Assembly (NCBI GenBank): GCA_045588775.1
Contig: JAZNEW010000061.1
Location: 31,884 to 95,883 of the forward strand
Reading direction: 5' to 3'
Length of the DNA stretch: 64,000 nucleotides
Origin: Candidatus Egerieisoma sp.
GTDB taxonomy: Bacteria; Bacteroidota; Bacteroidia; Bacteroidales; UBA932
The notes under the pieces were generated by a model. That model was not told the DNA's origin, searched no databases, and saw only the letters and a list, made by a program, of their open reading frames with translations. Each line of letters starts with the position of its first letter. The first letter of the stretch is position 1. Shown one piece after another: positions 39,076 to 49,727 of the stretch. The position numbers were made by a program, and so were the translations under genes.

Positions 39076-41673
39076 TTAGTCAAGGTAGAATCTTTTTTTT
39101 GTTTCTTCCGACAGTTCCCTGTTGTGAAAGCGGTGTCTTGTTTCATTGATGAGTTCCTGAAGAGGCTTGTATCTGTAAAGGTGTATCTTGCCGTCTGCAC
39201 AAGCACCTGCAAGCAGGCTTTTGTCGGGACTAAGGGTCAGGTATGCCATGGTGCCATATCTGGACGTGAATGCCCATATCTCTTCCCCGGTTTCAGAATC
39301 GATTACCTTTATGCTTCCATTCCATGCGGTGGAGAGAATCTGTTTGCCGTCATCGGTAAATCTCGCAAAGTGTATAGTTGTATTATCCTTGTCTATGTGC
39401 GCTTTGACAGTGGTTCCTCTCTCCATATCCCATATTGCAATGCTGCCGTCTCCGGTGCCGCTGCTGAGTATCATCGTACGGTTATGAAGGTGGAGGATAT
39501 ATGGACTACTTATGATGTCTGTGTTGATAGTGATTCTCTTCCTGATTGTGAACTCTTCTGCATCTATGATGATTGCCTGCTGGCTGGTTATGGCGATGAT
39601 CTCTTTATGTTTCGGATCATAAGTTACTTTATAAACAATATCAGATCCTCCTGATATGATTTTGACCACACTGGCTTCACTGATGCTCCATATTCTTGCC
39701 GAATGGTCCATGGATGCAGAGATCAGATATTTTCCATCAGGACTGAATTCTATGTGATGGACATAGTGACTATGACCTGTAAATGTCAATACTGCTTCAG
39801 AATTGTCGATATCCCAGAGCCTTATGGTGCCGTCCTCGGATGCAGATGCAAATTGCTTGCTGTCGGGGCTTACGGCTATGTGCCTTACTTTTCCAGTGTG
39901 TCCTGTAAAGCTTCGGAGTGTGGTGCGGCTTTCTATATCCCACAACTTTATGTTATTGCCACTTGATGCCAGAAGTTCTTTATTGCTGCAGAAGGCCAGA
40001 CATGTTATGGTTTTGAAGTCGTTTTCATCGTCCAAAATGAGCTCATCGATAATTGTCTTGTGATTCCATAATTTGATTTTATGGTCCCAGGAAGCAGATA
40101 TCATGAAACGTCCGTCATTGCTGAATTGTGCGGATGATACGGCAAGGGAATGTCCCATATATGTATGGATGAGATCACCGGTTGTGGCATCCCATATCTT
40201 AACGGTATTATCCCAGGATGATGAGATTATGAGTCTTCCATCGGGACTGTATTCTGCATGTGATACTACATTTTCATGGCCTGTGAGGTTATGCAATACT
40301 TTCCCGGTCTCAGTGTCCCATATCTTTATGGTTTTGTCGTCGCTGGCTGACAGGACTGTTTTTTCATCGTTGCTGAATTTTGCTGAATTGACTGGACCGG
40401 AATGGACATGGAATGTCTTGATGCATATTTCATCAACGATGTTCCAGAGCTTGACCGTACCGTCTTCGGATGCTGAAAGAATATGTTTTCCACACTTGCT
40501 GAATTCTACTGAACTTACCCATTTTTCATGACCGCTCAATTCTCTGTACAGATTGCCTGTTTCAACTTCCCAGATGCAGATAGGACCCTCTTCGGTGCCG
40601 GATGCAATGAAGTTGCCGCAAGGGGAGTAAACTGTGCTGGAGACTTCGCAGCAGTGTTCCATGGAGTGTATTATCTCGCCTGATTTTATGTCTGTTATCT
40701 TGGTTGTTCCATCTGATGATGCAGATAGTATGTGATAACCATCATGACTGAAGCATGCGGAGTATACCGGGCCTGAATGGATTGTTAAAGTCTTGAGCTT
40801 TACGCCACTGTCAAGGTCCCAAATGATGACAGTGCCGTCTTGCGATGCTGAAACCAGATGTTTCCCGTCGGGGCTTGATGAAATTGAGAAGACTTCTTTT
40901 GTATGGGCTTTCAGAATGGCGGTTCGGAAAGAGTGTGCTTTCCTCAGAATAGCTTCCGCTTCTGGAATATATGGGCGGTCTTCGGGATCGGAGATATCTG
41001 CCGGTAGTGCCCTCAATGCAAGTAAGCATGCTAAATATGAATCTCCCTTTTGTATAGCATCTTCTGCTTTCTCTGTAAGAAAACGGCTTTCCAGACGCTG
41101 GAGACGTCGTTTTTCGTTAATCAGACGCTCTCTTTCCTCCTGCTTTTCCCTTTCATATCGTTGCCATAACTCATCAAATGAGACTCCGAGCATATATGCT
41201 ATTAATTTGATTGATGCGATCTCCTGACCGTTCTGCATATTGATCCCGAGTTGTTCGTTATCTGTTTTGCGAAGATTTATAAGCGCTTGAGGAAAACATT
41301 CTCTGTCAGGGTCGTCGGAATAAGGGATTCCGTCGATGATAAGCGGAATGATGCTGTCTGCTCTGCCAGACTGGATAAATGTCATGACTTCCTTGTTCAC
41401 CCAAGGTGATTTTGCGGAATTCGGAGAACAAAGGACAATAAGGTATTTGGAGTCGCTCAATGCCTGACTGATAGCATCAGACAGATTGCCGCCGGAGAGT
41501 TCCGCCTCGTCAAGGAACAGCGGCCGCAGTTCCTTGGGCAGTTCCGGTCTGGTCTCGCATATGTTAACAGGAAGTCGATAGTGTTCCAATTGATGATGTA
41601 GCCATCCGGCAATCTTTTCATCCTTGCGCTGATAACTGATGAATGCAAAATATTTGTAAACCTTTGTCTCCAT
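39076..41673 (-). CDS. TIR domain - coiled coil - 14x WD40 repeat protein
   Basis: N-terminal '[12 protein letters not shown]...[20 protein letters not shown]' (TIR). Linker '[23 protein letters not shown]'. Then 14 units of the type 'GH...V....FS.DG..L.SAS.D.T.K.WD'. Confidence 0.9.
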   Translation of the reverse strand: METKVYKYFAFISYQRKDEKIAGWLHHQLEHYRLPVNICETRPELPKELRPLFLDEAELSGGNLSDAISQALSDSKYLIVLCSPNSAKSPWVNKEVMTFIQSGRADSIIPLIIDGIPYSDDPDRECFPQALINLRKTDNEQLGINMQNGQEIASIKLIAYMLGVSFDELWQRYEREKQEERERLINEKRRLQRLESRFLTEKAEDAIQKGDSYLACLLALRALPADISDPEDRPYIPEAEAILRKAHSFRTAILKAHTKEVFSISSSPDGKHLVSASQDGTVIIWDLDSGVKLKTLTIHSGPVYSACFSHDGYHILSASSDGTTKITDIKSGEIIHSMEHCCEVSSTVYSPCGNFIASGTEEGPICIWEVETGNLYRELSGHEKWVSSVEFSKCGKHILSASEDGTVKLWNIVDEICIKTFHVHSGPVNSAKFSNDEKTVLSASDDKTIKIWDTETGKVLHNLTGHENVVSHAEYSPDGRLIISSSWDNTVKIWDATTGDLIHTYMGHSLAVSSAQFSNDGRFMISASWDHKIKLWNHKTIIDELILDDENDFKTITCLAFCSNKELLASSGNNIKLWDIESRTTLRSFTGHTGKVRHIAVSPDSKQFASASEDGTIRLWDIDNSEAVLTFTGHSHYVHHIEFSPDGKYLISASMDHSARIWSISEASVVKIISGGSDIVYKVTYDPKHKEIIAITSQQAIIIDAEEFTIRKRITINTDIISSPYILHLHNRTMILSSGTGDGSIAIWDMERGTTVKAHIDKDNTTIHFARFTDDGKQILSTAWNGSIKVIDSETGEEIWAFTSRYGTMAYLTLSPDKSLLAGACADGKIHLYRYKPLQELINETRHRFHNRELSEETKKRFYLD

Positions 41674-41702
41674 AGTATTTGTGTCAAATAATGATAATTA
41701 TA

Positions 41703-41710
41703 CAAATTTA
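41703..41710 (-). promoter_or_regulatory. -7 promoter box TAAATTTG upstream of the TIR-WD40 gene
   Basis: Perfect TAnnTTTG on the minus strand, about 30 nt upstream of the ATG at 41673. Confidence 0.4.
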
Positions 41711-41833
41711 GTGAATTTGTCCTGAATATCTCAATTCACCAGGGTAATCTTGTGTTTTCTGAATTAAAGATGACAGTTACCTCCGGGTATGTAATTTTTA
41801 TTTTGAAAATAAATTATAATGCATAATATTTTT

Positions 41834-41841
41834 TATCTTTG
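41834..41841 (+). promoter_or_regulatory. -7 promoter box TATCTTTG upstream of potA
   Basis: Perfect TAnnTTTG, 21 nt upstream of the ATG. Confidence 0.45.
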
Positions 41842-41861
41842 TTTCCTATAAAATATTTAAA

Positions 41862-43259
41862 ATGCAGCAATCTAGTTATATCATTGAGGTTCAGAATGTT
41901 TCTAAGCATTTTGGAGACAAGACTGTTTTGGATAACATCAATTTGAATGTTAAGAAAGGAGAGTTTGTTACTATTCTTGGTCCTTCTGGGTGTGGCAAGA
42001 CAACGCTTTTGCGTTTGATTGCCGGTTTTCAGACAACTTCTGAGGGAGAGATACGTATTGCCGGTAATGAGATAACGAAAACTCCGCCCCATTTGCGTCC
42101 GGTTAATACTGTATTCCAGAAGTATGCCCTTTTCCCTCATCTTAATGTTTTCGACAATATTGCATTTGGACTCAAATTGAAGAAGATGTCGGCTCCTGTA
42201 ATAGAGAAAAAGGTTAAGGCCGCTTTGAAGATGGTTGGTATGACAGATTATGAGTATAGGGATGTGGACTCGCTTTCGGGAGGCCAGCAGCAGCGTGTGG
42301 CAATTGCAAGGGCTATTGTAGATGAGCCTGAAGTATTGCTGTTGGACGAGCCTCTGGCAGCATTGGACTTGAAGATGCGTAAGGATATGCAGATGGAGTT
42401 GAAGGAGATGCACCAGAAGTTGGGTATAACATTCATATATGTAACCCACGATCAGGAGGAGGCGCGTACCTTGAGCGATACCATTGTTGTTATGAGTGAG
42501 GGTAAGATACAGCAGATAGGAACTCCTATGGATATTTACAATGAACCTATCAATTCGTTTGTTGCTGATTTTATAGGGGAGAGCAATATCCTTAACGGCA
42601 CAATGATTAAGGATAAGGAGGTGAATTTTGCCGGATATAATTTTGAGTGTGTAGACAAAGGCTTTGGAGAGAATGTGGAGGTTGATGTGGTTGTCCGCCC
42701 CGAAGATGTATATATTTTTGATCCTTCTGATGCAGCCCAGTTATTGGGAACTGTTACAAGTTGTATATTCAAGGGTGTCCACTATGAAATAATTGTGCAG
42801 ACCAATCAGGGTTATGAGATTATGGTTCAGGATTACCATTGCTTTGAAGCGGGAAGAAATGTGGGTTTGCGTGTAAAACCTTTCGATATCCATGTAATGA
42901 AAAAGGAGCGTTTGTGCAACACATTTGAGGGTGAGGTGATTGATGAGAATCATGTTGAATTTTTGGAGTGCGAGTTCGAATGTGCAGCTGCAAAGGGTTT
43001 TGAAGAGGGTGATAAAGTTTTGGTAGAGGTCGATTTTAAAGATGTGGTTCTGCAGGACAATGAAGAGGATGGACAGTTGAGCGGAGATGTCAATTTTATA
43101 CTTTATAAGGGCGACCATTATCATCTTACAGTAACATCTGAGTATGGTGATGATATTTATGTAGATACAAATGATGTTTGGGATAATGGCGATTGTGTAG
43201 GTATTTCTATTGCTCCTGAGTGTATACGTTTAAAAAAATTGGTGGAAGATGCTCAATAA
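41862..43259 (+). CDS. potA: Spermidine/putrescine ABC transporter ATP-binding protein
   Basis: 'GPSGCGKTT', '[14 protein letters not shown]', 'LLLDEPL', plus an extended C-terminal regulatory domain. Confidence 0.9.
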   Translation: MQQSSYIIEVQNVSKHFGDKTVLDNINLNVKKGEFVTILGPSGCGKTTLLRLIAGFQTTSEGEIRIAGNEITKTPPHLRPVNTVFQKYALFPHLNVFDNIAFGLKLKKMSAPVIEKKVKAALKMVGMTDYEYRDVDSLSGGQQQRVAIARAIVDEPEVLLLDEPLAALDLKMRKDMQMELKEMHQKLGITFIYVTHDQEEARTLSDTIVVMSEGKIQQIGTPMDIYNEPINSFVADFIGESNILNGTMIKDKEVNFAGYNFECVDKGFGENVEVDVVVRPEDVYIFDPSDAAQLLGTVTSCIFKGVHYEIIVQTNQGYEIMVQDYHCFEAGRNVGLRVKPFDIHVMKKERLCNTFEGEVIDENHVEFLECEFECAAAKGFEEGDKVLVEVDFKDVVLQDNEEDGQLSGDVNFILYKGDHYHLTVTSEYGDDIYVDTNDVWDNGDCVGISIAPECIRLKKLVEDAQ

Positions 43260-44049
43260 GATGTCCCAATTCTTTATGCGGCGCAAAAACTGGTCGATTC
43301 CTTATGCCCTGTTTTTGATAGTGTTTGTGGTTATACCGCTGCTGCTGATTGTATTTTATGCCTTTACCGACGAAGAGGGTATGTTCACATTTGCGAATTT
43401 CCGCAAATTCATGATGCATCCCGAGGCCATGAATACATTTATATACTCGATAGGTATAGCCATAATAACAACAATGGTGTGCCTGGTACTGGGGTATCCT
43501 GCCGCCTATATCTTGAGCTACAGATCTTTGAATGTGTCAAAGACAATGGTGGTGCTCTTCATTCTGCCGATGTGGGTAAATATACTTATCCGCACATTGG
43601 CAACTGTAGCATTGTTTGATTTCCTCAGATTGCCGTTAGGGGAGGGGGCTCTGGTATTCGGTATGGTTTACAACTTCCTTCCATTTATGATTTACCCTAT
43701 TTACAATACATTGCAGAAGATGGATCACAGCCTTGTTGAGGCAGCGCAGGACTTGGGGGCAAATCCGTTCAAAGTATTCTACAAAGTGATTCTCCCATTA
43801 TCTATGCCGGGTATTGTGAGCGGTATTGTAATGGTATTTATGCCAACGGTATCTACCTTTGCCATAGCTGAGTTGCTTACAATGAACAATATCAAGCTTT
43901 TCGGTACAACTGTACAGGAAAATATATATAACGGAATGTGGAACTATGGTGCTGCACTCTCTCTGATTATGTTGCTGCTCATTGGCATAATGAGTCTCTT
44001 TACAAATGAGGAGGATAATGCACAAAATGAAAGTGGAGGAGTGATATGA
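43249..44049 (+). CDS. potB: Spermidine/putrescine ABC transporter permease
   Basis: Six TM segments, EAA-like '[22 protein letters not shown]'. Confidence 0.85.
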   Translation: MLNKMSQFFMRRKNWSIPYALFLIVFVVIPLLLIVFYAFTDEEGMFTFANFRKFMMHPEAMNTFIYSIGIAIITTMVCLVLGYPAAYILSYRSLNVSKTMVVLFILPMWVNILIRTLATVALFDFLRLPLGEGALVFGMVYNFLPFMIYPIYNTLQKMDHSLVEAAQDLGANPFKVFYKVILPLSMPGIVSGIVMVFMPTVSTFAIAELLTMNNIKLFGTTVQENIYNGMWNYGAALSLIMLLLIGIMSLFTNEEDNAQNESGGVI

Positions 44050-44837
44050 TAAAGAAGATATTGGCAAAAGGGTATTTGTGGCTGTTGCTCGCACTGCTCT
44101 ATTCTCCTATTCTCATAATAATGATATTTTCATTTACCGAGGCAAAAGTATTGGGAAACTGGACAGGTTTTTCTTTTAAACTTTACAGCTCCCTTTTTGC
44201 AGGAGGAATGCACCATTCATTGCTTGATGCTATAATCAATACATTTGTAATAGCGTTAATTGCAGCATCGGTTTCAACAATTTTGGGAAGTATAGCAGCA
44301 ATTGGAATATATAATTTGCGGTCACCATACAGGGGTGTAATGAATTTTACAAATAGTATTCCAATCATGAATCCCGATATAATAACCGGTGTGTCGCTGT
44401 TTCTTCTCTTTGTCAGTTTTGGTATAGCCCAGGGCTTTACTACTGTGGTGCTTGCCCATATTGCATTTTGTACTCCGTATGTGGTGCTGAGTGTAATGCC
44501 GCGTTTGAGGAAGATGAATCCCAATATTTATGAAGCGGCATTGGACTTGGGGGCAACTCCATTTGTGGCATTGCGTAAAATAATTCTTCCTGAGATACTT
44601 CCGGGTATGATAAGCGGTTTTATACTGGCTTTTACACTCTCTATCGACGACTTTGCCGTTACAATATTTACAATAGGTAATGAGGGACTTGAGACTCTCT
44701 CCACATATATTTATGCGGATGCCCGAAAGGGTGGTCTTACACCTGAGTTGAGGCCTTTGTCTACAATAATCTTTGTTACAGTGCTCGTGCTGCTGATTGT
44801 TATCAACAAACGGGCAGAAAAGCAGAAAAAAGAGTAA
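44046..44837 (+). CDS. potC: Spermidine/putrescine ABC transporter permease
   Basis: 'IYEAALDLGATPFVALRKIILP'. ATGA overlap with potB. Confidence 0.85.
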   Translation: MIKKILAKGYLWLLLALLYSPILIIMIFSFTEAKVLGNWTGFSFKLYSSLFAGGMHHSLLDAIINTFVIALIAASVSTILGSIAAIGIYNLRSPYRGVMNFTNSIPIMNPDIITGVSLFLLFVSFGIAQGFTTVVLAHIAFCTPYVVLSVMPRLRKMNPNIYEAALDLGATPFVALRKIILPEILPGMISGFILAFTLSIDDFAVTIFTIGNEGLETLSTYIYADARKGGLTPELRPLSTIIFVTVLVLLIVINKRAEKQKKE

Positions 44838-44840
44838 AGA

Positions 44841-46190
44841 ATGAAAGTTTTAAGATATATATTCCTGGCAATATCCGTATTGTTTATTGTCTCTTGCCAT
44901 AGCTCTCAGGAGGCCCGCAGTCGTGTGCTGAAGGTTTATAACTGGGCAGATTATATAGATGAGGATGTATTGGCCGAGTTCCCTCAATGGTATAAGGAGC
45001 AGACCGGCGAAGATATCAGAATCATATATCAGGTCTTTGATATCAATGAGGTGATGCTCACCAAAATTGAACGCGGCCATGAGGATTTTGATGTGGTATG
45101 TCCGTCGGATTATATAATAGAGAGGATGATGAGAAAGGATATGCTGCTACCGATTGAGCGCAATCTTGGAACTACTCCAGACTATATTCCAAATGTCTCG
45201 CCATATATGCACCAGTTGCTCAATAATGTGAATGTTGATGACCGGAAGGGGGCTGATTATGCGGTAGCTTATATGTGGGGAACTGCCGGAATATTATACA
45301 ATACCGCTTTGGTAACAGAGGAGGAGGCTCTTACATGGAAAACTCTATGGGATCCTAAAAACAGAGGCAAGGTGTTGATGAAAGATGCCTATAGGGATTG
45401 TTATGGAACTGCGATAATTTATGCAAATACAGACCGCCTGGCGTCGGGGGAGACCTCTGTCGAAGAGCTGATGAATGATAATTCAAAAGAGGCAATAGCA
45501 TTGGTTGAGCAGAGTTTGAAGGCTATGAAACCCAATATAGCCGGTTGGGAGGCTGATTTTGGAAAAGAGATGATGACCAAGGGAAAGGCATCATTGAATT
45601 TTACATGGAGCGGTGATGCCATTTGGGCAATAGAAGAGGCTGCTGCTGTTGGTGTTGAGTTGGATTATGCAGTTCCGATAGAGGGCAGCAATGTATGGTT
45701 CGACGGTTGGGTAATCCCCAAATATGCCCGCAATGTAAAGGCTGCCAGCTATTTTATAAACTATTTGTGCCGTCCGGATATTGCAATGAGAAATATGGAC
45801 GCCATTGGTTATGTGAGTGCAATAGCTACACCCGAAATTCTTGAATCAAAGATAGATACAACTCTTACAAACTATTCCGACCTGAGCTACTTCTTCGGAC
45901 CAGGATGCGATTCTGTTCAAGTGTGTCCTATCCAGTATCCCGATGCCGATGTAATCGCGCGTTGTGCTGTAATCAGGGACTTCAGCAATAAAAAGGATCT
46001 GGAAAGGGTGCTTGAGATGTGGAGCCGTGTAAAGGGTGATAATCTCAATACCGGAATAGTGATGCTTATTTTTGCAGTATTCGGAGCCCTTTTTGTGTGG
46101 CTGATAGTCAGTAAGGTGAGAAAAGTCAGACACAATCTCAAACGCAAGCATAGGGGCATCAAGAAGAGAACCAAGAAACGCAAAAAGTAA
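44841..46190 (+). CDS. potD: Polyamine-binding lipoprotein PotD-like with C-terminal TM anchor and polybasic tail
   Basis: Lipobox 'LFIVSC', 'LKVYNWADYI', 'DVVCPSDY'. C-terminal 'GIVMLIFAVFGALFVWLIV' followed by 'KRKHRGIKKRTKKRKK'. Confidence 0.85.
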   Translation: MKVLRYIFLAISVLFIVSCHSSQEARSRVLKVYNWADYIDEDVLAEFPQWYKEQTGEDIRIIYQVFDINEVMLTKIERGHEDFDVVCPSDYIIERMMRKDMLLPIERNLGTTPDYIPNVSPYMHQLLNNVNVDDRKGADYAVAYMWGTAGILYNTALVTEEEALTWKTLWDPKNRGKVLMKDAYRDCYGTAIIYANTDRLASGETSVEELMNDNSKEAIALVEQSLKAMKPNIAGWEADFGKEMMTKGKASLNFTWSGDAIWAIEEAAAVGVELDYAVPIEGSNVWFDGWVIPKYARNVKAASYFINYLCRPDIAMRNMDAIGYVSAIATPEILESKIDTTLTNYSDLSYFFGPGCDSVQVCPIQYPDADVIARCAVIRDFSNKKDLERVLEMWSRVKGDNLNTGIVMLIFAVFGALFVWLIVSKVRKVRHNLKRKHRGIKKRTKKRKK

Positions 46191-46203
46191 ATCGTAAAAT
46201 CTT

Positions 46204-46677
46204 ATGAAGAAAATAATAAATCCATACACAGGCACTTCAGAGGGCCTGGGTTACAATTGTTTTGCGTGTGCGCCTGATAATCCGTGCGGTCTTAAAATGG
46301 AGTTCCAGGAAGATGGAGAGCAGGTGGTAAGTTATTGGACGGCGGATAAAAATTATCAGGGATGGCTCAATACACTGCATGGAGGCATTCAGGCAACTTT
46401 GATGGATGAGACCGGCGGTTGGCTGATATCAAGAAGATTCCAGACCTCGGCCATGACAACAAGCCTCAATATAAAGTACAAAAAGCCGGTTCCTATAAAT
46501 CAGCAACTCGAAATAAGGGCACATCTCAGAGAGACTAAAAAGAGTTTTGTTATAATAGATATCACACTCTCGTGCGGCGGAGAGATATGCTCTACAGCGG
46601 AGGCTGTCTATTACAAATTTCCAAAAGAAATGGCAGAAAAGGAGTTCCATTTTCTGCCATACGAAGTTGAAGAATAG
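46204..46677 (+). CDS. PaaI/hotdog-fold thioesterase
   Basis: 'NTLHGGIQATLMDETGGW' in a 157 aa protein. Confidence 0.75.
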   Translation: MKKIINPYTGTSEGLGYNCFACAPDNPCGLKMEFQEDGEQVVSYWTADKNYQGWLNTLHGGIQATLMDETGGWLISRRFQTSAMTTSLNIKYKKPVPINQQLEIRAHLRETKKSFVIIDITLSCGGEICSTAEAVYYKFPKEMAEKEFHFLPYEVEE

Positions 46678-46700
46678 TTATTTCCTGTTACAGGAGCATC

Positions 46701-48728
46701 CTATTCAAAGGAGTATTTCTCACCATATTCCATCATCTGCTCAAGGAAATCAGTTCCGTATACAACATTGTAATCTACAATTTTGCCATTCTCCTCTACA
46801 GGAACAATGGTAGGGTTGATAAATCCTTTGTATGCTTTGAGCTGCAGTGAAGCATATCTATCTTTGACCTCTTTATGAAGTTCCGGATCGATATTGATGG
46901 CATATTTTTCAATAAGCTCTTTACCGGCCTGATAATCGCCTTCTGATTTGATACGCTGGATTTCGGCAAGCAGTTCTCCAAATATTTCGCGCAGTTTCTG
47001 GTAATCGTTGATTACAAAGAATGTTTTTCCGTCGCGGATTCTCTTCTCGATGACATCCTCTGTCGCACCAGGATTGTTCTCTTTAAGACCTCTTTCATAG
47101 CTCCAGTCTGCAATAAGTTTTCTATCTTGCATATGTGCCTCTGTATTGGTCTTGCCAAGTTCTATTCTGTTGAACTGTGTAAACATACCATTTACAACCT
47201 GACCCAAATATTCAGCCTTGTAGGTCTCAGCATCAGGAATAATGCCCAACTCTACCAATTTTGGGTCTGCAAGGTAGTAGAGTGCAAAAAGGTCTGCACG
47301 TGCCTCCTCAAGGGCAGAGGTGTACTCTCCAAGAGCATTCTCCGAAACACCTGGCAACAATTGGCCCGAACCATGTCCGAGACATTCGTGAAGGTCTGTA
47401 TGCAGATCGCTTGTCAAACTTTTGTATTTTTTGAGGAGCTCTTTGTCGGTGTCATCCCAATAGAATTCATTGGTAGCACTTTTTGGCGACTCATCCGCAG
47501 CTTTGTTGTAGGCATCGGTAATATTTGCAATGGTAACGGATTTTGAACCGTAATCCTTTCTGATCCAGTTTGCATTAGGCAGATTTATACCTATTGCAGT
47601 ATAAGGATGACAATCGCCGCCAAGACTTGCCACTGTAATCACTTTGGCAGAAACACCCTTGACAGTCTTCTTTTTGAAGCGGTTGTCGATAGGGGAGTTA
47701 TCCTCAAACCATTGTGCATTTGCGCTTATGGTTTCAGTCCTCTCAGAAGCCTTGATATCTTTAAAATTGACAACAGATTCCCAAGTGGCCTTGCGTCCGA
47801 GCGGATCGTTGTAGCTCTCGATGAAACCATTTACAAAATCAACCTGCGAAAGGGTATCCTGAACCCATGCAATATTGTACTCGTCCCATTTCTCAAGAGA
47901 GCCGGTGCGGTAATACTCAATAAGCAGGTTGATATGATTTTTCTGTGCCTGGTTTTCGGCAAATTCACAAGCGGCTTCGAGATGTTTGATAATCTCTCTG
48001 ATGCTGTTGGCGTAGAGCCCCGAAGCACAATAGGTGATCTCTTTTATTTTACCGTTTTCTTTAACAAGTTTGCTGTTCAGACCATAAGAGACAGGAGTGG
48101 TGTCTTTAGGATTTTCCATCTTGTTGTAGAAGGCGTTGGCCTCATCTTTTGTAATGTTTCCGCAGTAGAAATTTACAGCAGAGCCAAGAAGCAGATCTTT
48201 ATCCTTGCCTGTATATTTGCGCTGGGTGTATAGTTCGGGATCGAATATTACAGGAAGAAGCTCCTGGCAGGCATCGGCCTGGGCTGTAGCCTCCATAAGT
48301 CCCTTGAAATACTCCATAGAGCACTCGGGAATAAATTTGTCCTCAGCATAATGGTGATGTATTCCATTGCTGAAAAATACTCTTTTGGCATAGGTGAGGA
48401 AGTTTTTGTACTCATCACACTCTTTGTCACCATTATACTCCCTTATGATTTTTTCCAGAGCTTTTCTGATTTTCAGGTTGTATTTGAAGTTCTGGTCGAA
48501 CAGAATGTCGCGGCCGCATTTTCCAGCCTCGCTCAAGTGATAAATGAGTGCCTTCTGGTTAAGCGAGAGTGATTCCCATCCTGGAATCCGGTAACGGAGA
48601 ATCTGCAGATCTGCAAACTCGTCTGCAATGTATTTGAAATCTCCCTGTTCTGGTTTGGAAGCATCGTTGCAAGATGCCAATGCTATCCCCAATCCGCATA
48701 AAATGGTCATAGTCGTAAGTAATTTCAT
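46701..48728 (-). CDS. Dipeptidyl-peptidase III-like M49 metallopeptidase lipoprotein
   Basis: Lipobox 'ALASC', 'HECLGHGSG' (HEXXGH), 'EEARADL'. Confidence 0.85.
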   Translation of the reverse strand: MKLLTTMTILCGLGIALASCNDASKPEQGDFKYIADEFADLQILRYRIPGWESLSLNQKALIYHLSEAGKCGRDILFDQNFKYNLKIRKALEKIIREYNGDKECDEYKNFLTYAKRVFFSNGIHHHYAEDKFIPECSMEYFKGLMEATAQADACQELLPVIFDPELYTQRKYTGKDKDLLLGSAVNFYCGNITKDEANAFYNKMENPKDTTPVSYGLNSKLVKENGKIKEITYCASGLYANSIREIIKHLEAACEFAENQAQKNHINLLIEYYRTGSLEKWDEYNIAWVQDTLSQVDFVNGFIESYNDPLGRKATWESVVNFKDIKASERTETISANAQWFEDNSPIDNRFKKKTVKGVSAKVITVASLGGDCHPYTAIGINLPNANWIRKDYGSKSVTIANITDAYNKAADESPKSATNEFYWDDTDKELLKKYKSLTSDLHTDLHECLGHGSGQLLPGVSENALGEYTSALEEARADLFALYYLADPKLVELGIIPDAETYKAEYLGQVVNGMFTQFNRIELGKTNTEAHMQDRKLIADWSYERGLKENNPGATEDVIEKRIRDGKTFFVINDYQKLREIFGELLAEIQRIKSEGDYQAGKELIEKYAINIDPELHKEVKDRYASLQLKAYKGFINPTIVPVEENGKIVDYNVVYGTDFLEQMMEYGEKYSFE

Positions 48729-48739
48729 AAAATAGTTTT

Positions 48740-49039
48740 TTATTGTTCTTCAGTTATATTTTCGGTATAAATTTCTTCATTTTCAGGTTTGTCGTGGCGA
48801 CGGTAGAGCAAGTCCCGTACAAATTCATACCCTTTGATAAAATATTTTGCAAGGTATTCCATATTGTAGAGTTTCTCTACAAGCCTGTTCAGGTATGTGA
48901 CAGGATTGAGTGCCTGTTTGCATGCCCCAACATCATTTTTCAGCTCACTCTCCTTTATTTTGATAATGAAATTCAGCCTTTCCCTGGCCTGTTGAAGCTC
49001 TTGCAGGGTTGATATGGAGGTATAATCATTTTTGTCCAT
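48740..49039 (-). CDS. Hypothetical protein (third gene of the YtxH/holin-like trio)
   Basis: 99 aa, predicted helical. 14-nt overlap with the upstream gene. Confidence 0.5.
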   Translation of the reverse strand: MDKNDYTSISTLQELQQARERLNFIIKIKESELKNDVGACKQALNPVTYLNRLVEKLYNMEYLAKYFIKGYEFVRDLLYRRHDKPENEEIYTENITEEQ

Positions 49040-49385
49040 TGTCGAAAAAGAGTTTGATGAATATTTTTATCAGCTGGTTGATGAAGAGTCTTTTCCTCAA
49101 AAGCCAGAGTATCATTACAGCAATGGCAAACAATGCTCCTATAATGCAGAATCCAAGTGCATTGGAACCAATCAGCTCACCTATTGCATAGCCTGCGGCG
49201 AGACCGAACAATTGCAGGGCGACACCGGCAACAATTGTGGCAACAGTTATGAAAAGAATTGTATTAAAGAGGGTAGAGAGACCCTCTACACCTCTTAATT
49301 TGTACTCATCTATTTTGAGTCTGAGGTACTCTTTTGCAGATACCGACAGATCTTCAAAAGGATTTTTTTGATCAGGTTCGTTCAT
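49026..49385 (-). CDS. Holin-X-like two-TM membrane protein
   Basis: 'LFITVATIVAGVALQLFGLAAGYAIG' and 'GFCIIGALFAIAVMILWLL'. Confidence 0.6.
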   Translation of the reverse strand: MNEPDQKNPFEDLSVSAKEYLRLKIDEYKLRGVEGLSTLFNTILFITVATIVAGVALQLFGLAAGYAIGELIGSNALGFCIIGALFAIAVMILWLLRKRLFINQLIKIFIKLFFDNGQK

Positions 49386-49405
49386 TTGAAAAAGTATTAA
49401 AAGGG

Positions 49406-49615
49406 TTACTCTACAGGTTTGCCCTCAAATTTCTCTTTAGCTTTCCGGGCCTCTTTTTCCAGCTTTTCCTTAGCTGCATAGTACTCTTCTTCGGCTTTTG
49501 CCTTGATCTTTTTACGGATGTTCGCCCCTTTGTCGGGCGCATACAACAATGCAACTGCTGCTCCGGCAAGTGCACCTGTAATAAATGCCAATAGTGTGTT
49601 TGGTTTCATACTCAT
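49406..49615 (-). CDS. YtxH domain protein
   Basis: 'LAFITGALAGAAVALLYAPDKG' followed by a Lys/Glu-rich helix. Confidence 0.75.
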   Translation of the reverse strand: MSMKPNTLLAFITGALAGAAVALLYAPDKGANIRKKIKAKAEEEYYAAKEKLEKEARKAKEKFEGKPVE

Positions 49616-49700
49616 TAAACAAATATATGCTTTTTTTTCTACTTTTGTTTTTTATTTAGGATTTAGTATACACTTTTAACCTGAAAAGTTTGCAAATGTT

Positions 49701-49708
49701 TAATTTTG
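49701..49708 (+). promoter_or_regulatory. -7 promoter box TAATTTTG
   Basis: Perfect TAnnTTTG, 20 nt upstream of the ATG at 49728. Confidence 0.4.
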
Positions 49709-49727
49709 CAGAAATTTATTTGAAATT

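Noticed and set aside
38578-39149. Several 70-125 aa ORFs (38578-38889, 38732-38998, 38766-38978, 38772-39149) overlap the tRNA-Ser region.
   Set aside because: They overlap a well-formed tRNA gene and two terminators and translate tRNA or hairpin sequence, so they are spurious.
38802-41861. The TIR-WD40 gene might be a tRNA-Ser-integrated genomic island.
   Set aside because: There is no integrase or recombinase. No direct repeat of the tRNA 3' end (..GGTTCGAATCCCTCCCTCTCCG) was found by eye on the far side (41674-41861). The insert is a single gene. Only the variable-locus hypothesis is retained, not an integrative-element call.
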